Source of the DNA: an uncultured Acidobacteriota bacterium
GTDB lineage: Bacteria > Acidobacteriota > UBA6911
DNA length: 64,000 bases
Assembly: GCA_963839475.1 (NCBI GenBank)
Contig: CAWIVH010000001.1
Location: 844,627 to 908,626, forward strand
Direction: 5' to 3'
This document shows positions 59,382 through 64,000 of this stretch, in pieces; positions within the stretch are counted from its first letter, which is position 1; every line of letters starts with the position of its first letter. The translations under genes were made by a program, and so were the position numbers. Below the pieces are notes generated by a model, which did no database searches, was not told the DNA's origin, and saw only the letters and a list, made by a program, of their open reading frames with translations.

Positions 59382-60445
59382 GATTGTCTTCCCGCTCCCA
59401 GAACTGTTCCAAACAGTCTGGCAACATAATCCACGAGTGAGATCGCCCTCCCGTATTCCATCCGGGTGGGTCCGAGTATTCCCAGGGACCCCTGAGTCTT
59501 TTCGTCAACGATATATCTCGAAGTGATCAGCGTACAATCTTCGATGCCGGCCAGAGTATTCTCGGCGCCGATGGTGATCCGGACCTCTCCCGAGTCTTCC
59601 AGGATGCACTGGCTGAGAAGAACGGCCAGGCGGTTCTTTTGATCCATGGTCTCAAGAAGGTGCCGCAACCTGTTGATATCAGAAAACTCCGGGTTTTTTA
59701 TCAGGTTCGCAGCCCCGCCGAGATAGACTTCCGCCTGCACATCGTCCCCCATGCCGGCGAAAGTATGGGTGCTCAAATTGATGACGCGCTTCATGAAGTT
59801 GTCATAGATCGCTCGTTCCTGCTGGATCATCTGAAGCAGCGCGGCCTTTATCTCCAGAAGGCTCTTGCCCTTGAAGCATTCCGACACATAGCTGCCGGCC
59901 TGATCCAGTTCGGTTTGAGAATAATCCCCGTCATTGCGGATGATCCGGTTTTGCACGATACCCGCCCGCGAGACCAGGATCACCAGGATCCGGTTATCCG
60001 AGAGCCGGACAAACTGAATATGCTGCAAGGCGACGCTGCTGAGCGGCGGGGAAACCACGATACCGATGTTCTGTGAGACCTGTGACAGGATCTGACTGGT
60101 CCTCAGCATGAGGTGATCCGCACTATCCTCGATCCGCATGGTCCGGTCCACCATTTCACGGTCACGAGGGGAGATCTCCTTCCGCTTGAGCATGAAATCG
60201 ACAAAAAAGCGGTACCCTTTGTCGGTGGGAACCCGCCCGGCCGAAGGGTGGGGCTGCTTCAGGTACCCCATTTCCTCAAGATCGGCCATGATGTTCCGGA
60301 CTGTCGCTGCGCTTAGGAACTCGCTGCTTTTCTTGGCCACCTTGCGCGATCCTACCGGCTTTCCAGTCGTGACATAGGTGGAAATAGCCCAATGCAGGAT
60401 TTCCCTGGATCTTTCGTCGAGCTCAAATCCCTTATTCAAGCGCAT
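59378..60445 (-). CDS. hrcA: Heat-inducible transcription repressor HrcA
   Basis: ELDERSREILHWAISTYVTTGKPVGSRKVAKKSSEFLSAATVRNIMADLEEMGYL is the HrcA N-terminal wHTH. It overlaps the grpE start. Confidence 0.85.
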   Translation of the reverse strand: MRLNKGFELDERSREILHWAISTYVTTGKPVGSRKVAKKSSEFLSAATVRNIMADLEEMGYLKQPHPSAGRVPTDKGYRFFVDFMLKRKEISPRDREMVDRTMRIEDSADHLMLRTSQILSQVSQNIGIVVSPPLSSVALQHIQFVRLSDNRILVILVSRAGIVQNRIIRNDGDYSQTELDQAGSYVSECFKGKSLLEIKAALLQMIQQERAIYDNFMKRVINLSTHTFAGMGDDVQAEVYLGGAANLIKNPEFSDINRLRHLLETMDQKNRLAVLLSQCILEDSGEVRITIGAENTLAGIEDCTLITSRYIVDEKTQGSLGILGPTRMEYGRAISLVDYVARLFGTVLGAGRQS

Positions 60446-60687
60446 TTTACAGGCCTGTTCCCGAAACTTCCCTCGCCCCGTGCGATGATATCCCGGAATA
60501 AACGAATCCATCATCTCAAACAGCCTTATCGAATATAATATCCGATCCGCCGGAATCAACCAAACTCTTGCAGCCCAAGGGTACGCCGCGACATAGGTGT
60601 GGCGACCATCACGTCTGTCAACTTCATGGTATAGCGATGTCCCTGAGCTCGCCCCGCACGAGGGTGGCTCGGGGCTATCCGAGGCCT

Positions 60688-61801
60688 CTACAGTAGCGAA
60701 TCCAGGTCAGCATCACGCATCGCCACCGCTTGTGCTACCGGCTTGCAGGTGATGTGCCCGTTATAGGTGTTCACACCCTGCTTCAGCGCAGGATCGCGGC
60801 GGATGGCGTCTCTAAAGCCCAGACCTGCCAGCCTTCGAGCGTAGGGCAGGGTTACGTTGGTCAACGCGAAAGTCGAAGTCCGCGGCACCGCACCCGGCAT
60901 ATTGGCCACGCAATAATGCACAACGCCATCGATGACAAAAGTGGGGTTGCTGTGGGTGGTCGGCTTTGTCGTCTCGATGCACCCGCCCTGATCAACCGCC
61001 ACATCAACGATGACCGCCCCTTTTTTCATGTTGGAAACCATCTTGCGCGTAATCAGCTTGGGAGCCTCCGCCCCGAAGATCAGAACCGCGCCTACCAGCA
61101 AATCTGCTTTGCTGACGGAATCTTCTATGTTGAAAGGATTGGACATCAAGGTTTCGATCTGGCTGAAAAAGATATCATCCAGGTAGCGTAGCCGATCCGC
61201 ATCCAAGTCCAGGATGGTGACCCTCGCCCCAAGGCCGATAGCCATCTTGGCCGCGTTGGTGCCTACGGTTCCGCCGCCGACGATGACCACATTGGCTGGG
61301 GGAACTCCCGGGACGCCCCCCAACAGCTCCCCACGCCCGCCATTAGGTTTCTGCAGGTAATAGGCCCCGACTTGGATGGACATTCGTCCGGCGACTTCGC
61401 TCATGGGGGTCAGCAGCGGAAGCGATCCGTTTGCCAGTCTTATGGTTTCATACGCGATGCCGGTCACCTTTCTGTCGACCAGCATCTGGGTCAGTTCGGG
61501 GGCGGGTGCGAGGTGCAGATACGTGAACAACAGCTGGCCTTCGCGCAGCATGCCGTATTCCGGGCCCACCGGTTCCTTGACTTTAACGATCATTTCAGCT
61601 TTGCCATAGACCTCTGCAGCGGAGCCGACGATTTCTGCACCTGCGGTTTGATATTCGCTGTCGCAGAATCCGCTACCGTCGCCGGCCGACTTCTGAACGA
61701 TCACCTTGTGCCCATCCTGCACCAGTGCATGGACTCCGGACGGCACCAGCCCCACCCTCGATTCGTTATCTTTGATTTCTTTCGGCAATCCAATAAGCAT
61801 G
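60688..61801 (-). CDS. ald: Alanine dehydrogenase
   Basis: [23 protein letters not shown]...[21 protein letters not shown] is the AlaDH/PNT family signature. Trimmed to the Met at 61801. Confidence 0.9.
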
Positions 61802-62052
61802 ATGGCATCCTCCCGTATAATCCCCGGCTCTCCAGCCCCAAAACTCTCAAATAGCAGCCCCAACTCTATGCCTTTCGCGCCGTGATTAAAAGCAGGAACT
61901 GCCGGCCTGCGCTCCCTGGCGAGCCTCGGACTAACGGGCTCAAAAGCGCATGAATCCGGCGCATGGGGTTCGGCAGGCATGTTCCTGAGGAGGGTGTAGA
62001 AGCTCCGAGCGGGGGACGACCCTGTGTCCGTACAAAGTCTCGGAAGCCCGGA

Positions 62053-63261
62053 TCAGAGCTGATCCTTCAACAAATGAAGCAGCATTCCCACATCGGTGAC
62101 TATCCCGACAGTCTGGGAGGATCCGCGATCGGACAGTTTGGTGACGACCGCGGGGTTGATGTCAATACAGATGGTTTTCACCCTGGACGGGATCATGTTT
62201 CCCGCGCCGATCCCGTGGAGCATCGTCCCAAGAATGACCACCAGTTCGGCATCCCGGAGGAGCTCGGCATACCGGGCCTGGGCCTCGATCATGTTGCTGA
62301 TGGTGTCCGGAAGCGGGCCGTCATCCCGAATGCTGCCGGCCAGCGCAAACGGAACGTTGTTCTGCACCAGCTCGTACATGATGCCTGAACGCAATGCCCC
62401 GATAGCCACGGCTCCGGCGATGCTCCCATAATGATTGATGAAATTGATGGCCCTCATGTGATTCCGGTGCCCTTCGTGGGCGGGAATGCCGGTGTCGAGG
62501 TGAACGCCAAGCGATGTCCGGTAGAGAGCATGCTCTATATCATGAACCGCAATGGCATTGCCTCCCAGGAACGCCTGCACATACCCATTGCGGATCATGC
62601 AGCTGAGTGCATCGACACCCCCGGTATGCACGACCACGGGTCCCGCCACGACGACAATGCGGCCGCCCGACTTGCGCGTATAACGAAACAATTCGCCGAG
62701 CTGCCTCACGGCGATTTCGACCCTTCGCTCGGAGGATACGTCGCTTGCCATGAAACTGAATTCCTTCCGTTCGCGGTCCTTGAATTCCGGAAGTACTTTG
62801 ATGCCGACATGGCCGCATATCACCTTATCCCCTTTACGCACGTCGCGCAGCTTGACGCAATGAGCCCCGCCGGCATCGATGCGGATGACGGCATCCATGC
62901 GCTGGGAAGCGACGGGGAGCCATTCGCCGTTGTGCCTTACGACGGTCCGGTGGTTGGTGGAAGAATAAAAATCGTCGGGCACTTCCGCGTCGCCCGGAGC
63001 CGGCACCAGGCGGGCATCCTCCTCCTTCGTCAGGTAGCAGCCGAGCGGCACCAGTACATCGAGGAGCTCGTCGAGGACATTCTGGTTGTCCGACATGACC
63101 CGGATCAGAGTGGTGGACTGGTCTTCATTGGTTTCGCCGACAGTGAACCGCTCGATTCGGAAGGTGCATTTGCCCTCGATGATCCGGTCGAGGATATGCG
63201 ACATGATCCCCGAGTCGATCAGATGACCCTTGGCCTCCACTACCTGTTCAAACGTCGCCAT
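62053..63261 (-). CDS. TIGR00300 / LOR-SDH-like family protein (ArgZ/AgrE C-domain-like; possible ornithine cyclodeaminase-type enzyme)
   Basis: The ~400-aa protein has Rossmann-like segments (RIVVVAGPVVVHTGG; VVILGTMLHGIGAG). Overall architecture matches the conserved TIGR00300 family as I recall it; no sequence search was run. Confidence 0.45.
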   Translation of the reverse strand: MATFEQVVEAKGHLIDSGIMSHILDRIIEGKCTFRIERFTVGETNEDQSTTLIRVMSDNQNVLDELLDVLVPLGCYLTKEEDARLVPAPGDAEVPDDFYSSTNHRTVVRHNGEWLPVASQRMDAVIRIDAGGAHCVKLRDVRKGDKVICGHVGIKVLPEFKDRERKEFSFMASDVSSERRVEIAVRQLGELFRYTRKSGGRIVVVAGPVVVHTGGVDALSCMIRNGYVQAFLGGNAIAVHDIEHALYRTSLGVHLDTGIPAHEGHRNHMRAINFINHYGSIAGAVAIGALRSGIMYELVQNNVPFALAGSIRDDGPLPDTISNMIEAQARYAELLRDAELVVILGTMLHGIGAGNMIPSRVKTICIDINPAVVTKLSDRGSSQTVGIVTDVGMLLHLLKDQL

Positions 63262-63353
63262 TGTCTTCCTCCTGCGGGTTCCTTCTCCGCCGGGACGCCG
63301 TCCGGCGGGCCAAAACCCAGACCTTAAGGCTACCGTAAAAACAACTCGAAGAC

Positions 63354-63398
63354 GAAAAAAATCGGGGCGCGGTTTCCCGTGCCCCGATTGCTTTTTGC
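63354..63398 (-). terminator. Rho-independent terminator downstream of the htrA-like gene
   Basis: AAAAAAA-AATCGGGGC-gcggtttcccgt-GCCCCGATT-GCTTTTTGC gives a 9-bp GC-rich stem flanked by A- and T-tracts, so it is symmetric and bidirectional. Confidence 0.7.
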
Positions 63399-63457
63399 AT
63401 CCCGCCGCGCCGGAGAGTTGCAGCCGCGGGTTATGAACTTGTCCGCCTCACCCCTTC

Positions 63458-64000
63458 TTAGGGTTTGGTGATGCTGGTATAGAGGGTTGAAGGAATCAAC
63501 CGGTTTCCGGCTCCGCGCTGAATGCGCAGGAACTTAAGAACCACAGCCTCACCCGTCTTCAGTCCCTTGACGATGTTGAGAAGATCCTGCGCCTGATTGA
63601 TCTTCTTTCCGTTCGCCTCCACGATAATATCGGCGCCGCCGCGATCCTGCCCCACGAGGCCGGCTTCCTCGGCCAGGCTTCCAGCTTTGACCGACAACAC
63701 CAGCGCTCCTCCGGAGACCGGAAGTTCCTGGGCCATGCGGGCAGGAATATTGTCGAACACGAAGCCGATTTCGGGTTTCACTTCTTCCTGTTTCTCTTCG
63801 AAACTGAAGGCGCCCTTGTCGGCCGACTGTCCTTCAAGGGGCGGCCGCTCACCGACCGTCACTTCGAAATTCTTTTCTTCGCCGCGCCGGGATGCTTTTA
63901 CTTTGATCTTGGTGCCCGGGGGAGTGTTGGCGACGGCAAGCCGCAGGTCCTGTACCGAATAGGTTTTCTTCCCGTCAATTTCCACAATCACATCTTCCGG
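63458..64000 (-). CDS. HtrA/DegP-family protease, C-terminal PDZ-domain portion (partial; start lies beyond the window)
   Basis: Two PDZ-like segments are present (GALVLSVKAGSLAEEAGLVGQD...DIIVEANGKKINQAQDLLNIVKGLKTGEAVVLKFLR; IKVKASRRGEEKNFEVTV). The ORF is open to the window edge. Confidence 0.55.
   Translation of the reverse strand, partial: PEDVIVEIDGKKTYSVQDLRLAVANTPPGTKIKVKASRRGEEKNFEVTVGERPPLEGQSADKGAFSFEEKQEEVKPEIGFVFDNIPARMAQELPVSGGALVLSVKAGSLAEEAGLVGQDRGGADIIVEANGKKINQAQDLLNIVKGLKTGEAVVLKFLRIQRGAGNRLIPSTLYTSITKP

Overview
This 64-kb window is GC-rich and densely coding, with about 60 genes on both strands; it looks like ordinary chromosomal DNA from a Gram-negative bacterium. It is probably an Acidobacterium: it carries a GWxTD-domain protein, an ADOP-type duplicated MacB-like permease, a BlaI-family repressor, and several Tat- or Sec-secreted glycan enzymes. 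No rRNA, tRNA, CRISPR array or obvious mobile element was seen. In order, the window contains:
- a glycogen module (GalT-family protein plus glgA) followed by a GAF histidine kinase and a single-domain response regulator;
- an aldo/keto reductase, glutaryl-CoA dehydrogenase and a serine hydrolase;
- a REC-HD-GYP regulator, glycerate 2-kinase, nth and a YtxH/DUF948 stress pair;
- fabH and a Tat-exported Gfo/Idh/MocA oxidoreductase;
- a translationally coupled hutI-ftcD pair;
- a minus-strand cluster REC-PP2C / PqqD(RRE)-like-MEMO1 fusion / DHH-DHHA1 phosphoesterase;
- a GT-C glycosyltransferase and a GH20 hexosaminidase;
- an ACAD and a Zn-ADH / GlcF-like / GlcD-like oxidation module;
- an HlyD adaptor plus FtsX-type permease with no ATPase;
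- a polysaccharide locus (GWxTD, two GT2 genes, one of them frameshifted, rfbB, rfbD);
- smpB, pepA, the ADOP permease, an orphan blaI with a perfect operator palindrome, pdxA, an Hfq-like Sm protein, holB, tmk, yggS and yggU;
- the hrcA-grpE-dnaK-dnaJ operon, rsmE, ald, a TIGR00300/LOR-SDH-like protein and a partial HtrA-type PDZ protein.
The most unusual element is the DHH phosphoesterase and RRE-MEMO1 fusion pair, which may mark an uncharacterised peptide- or substrate-modification system.
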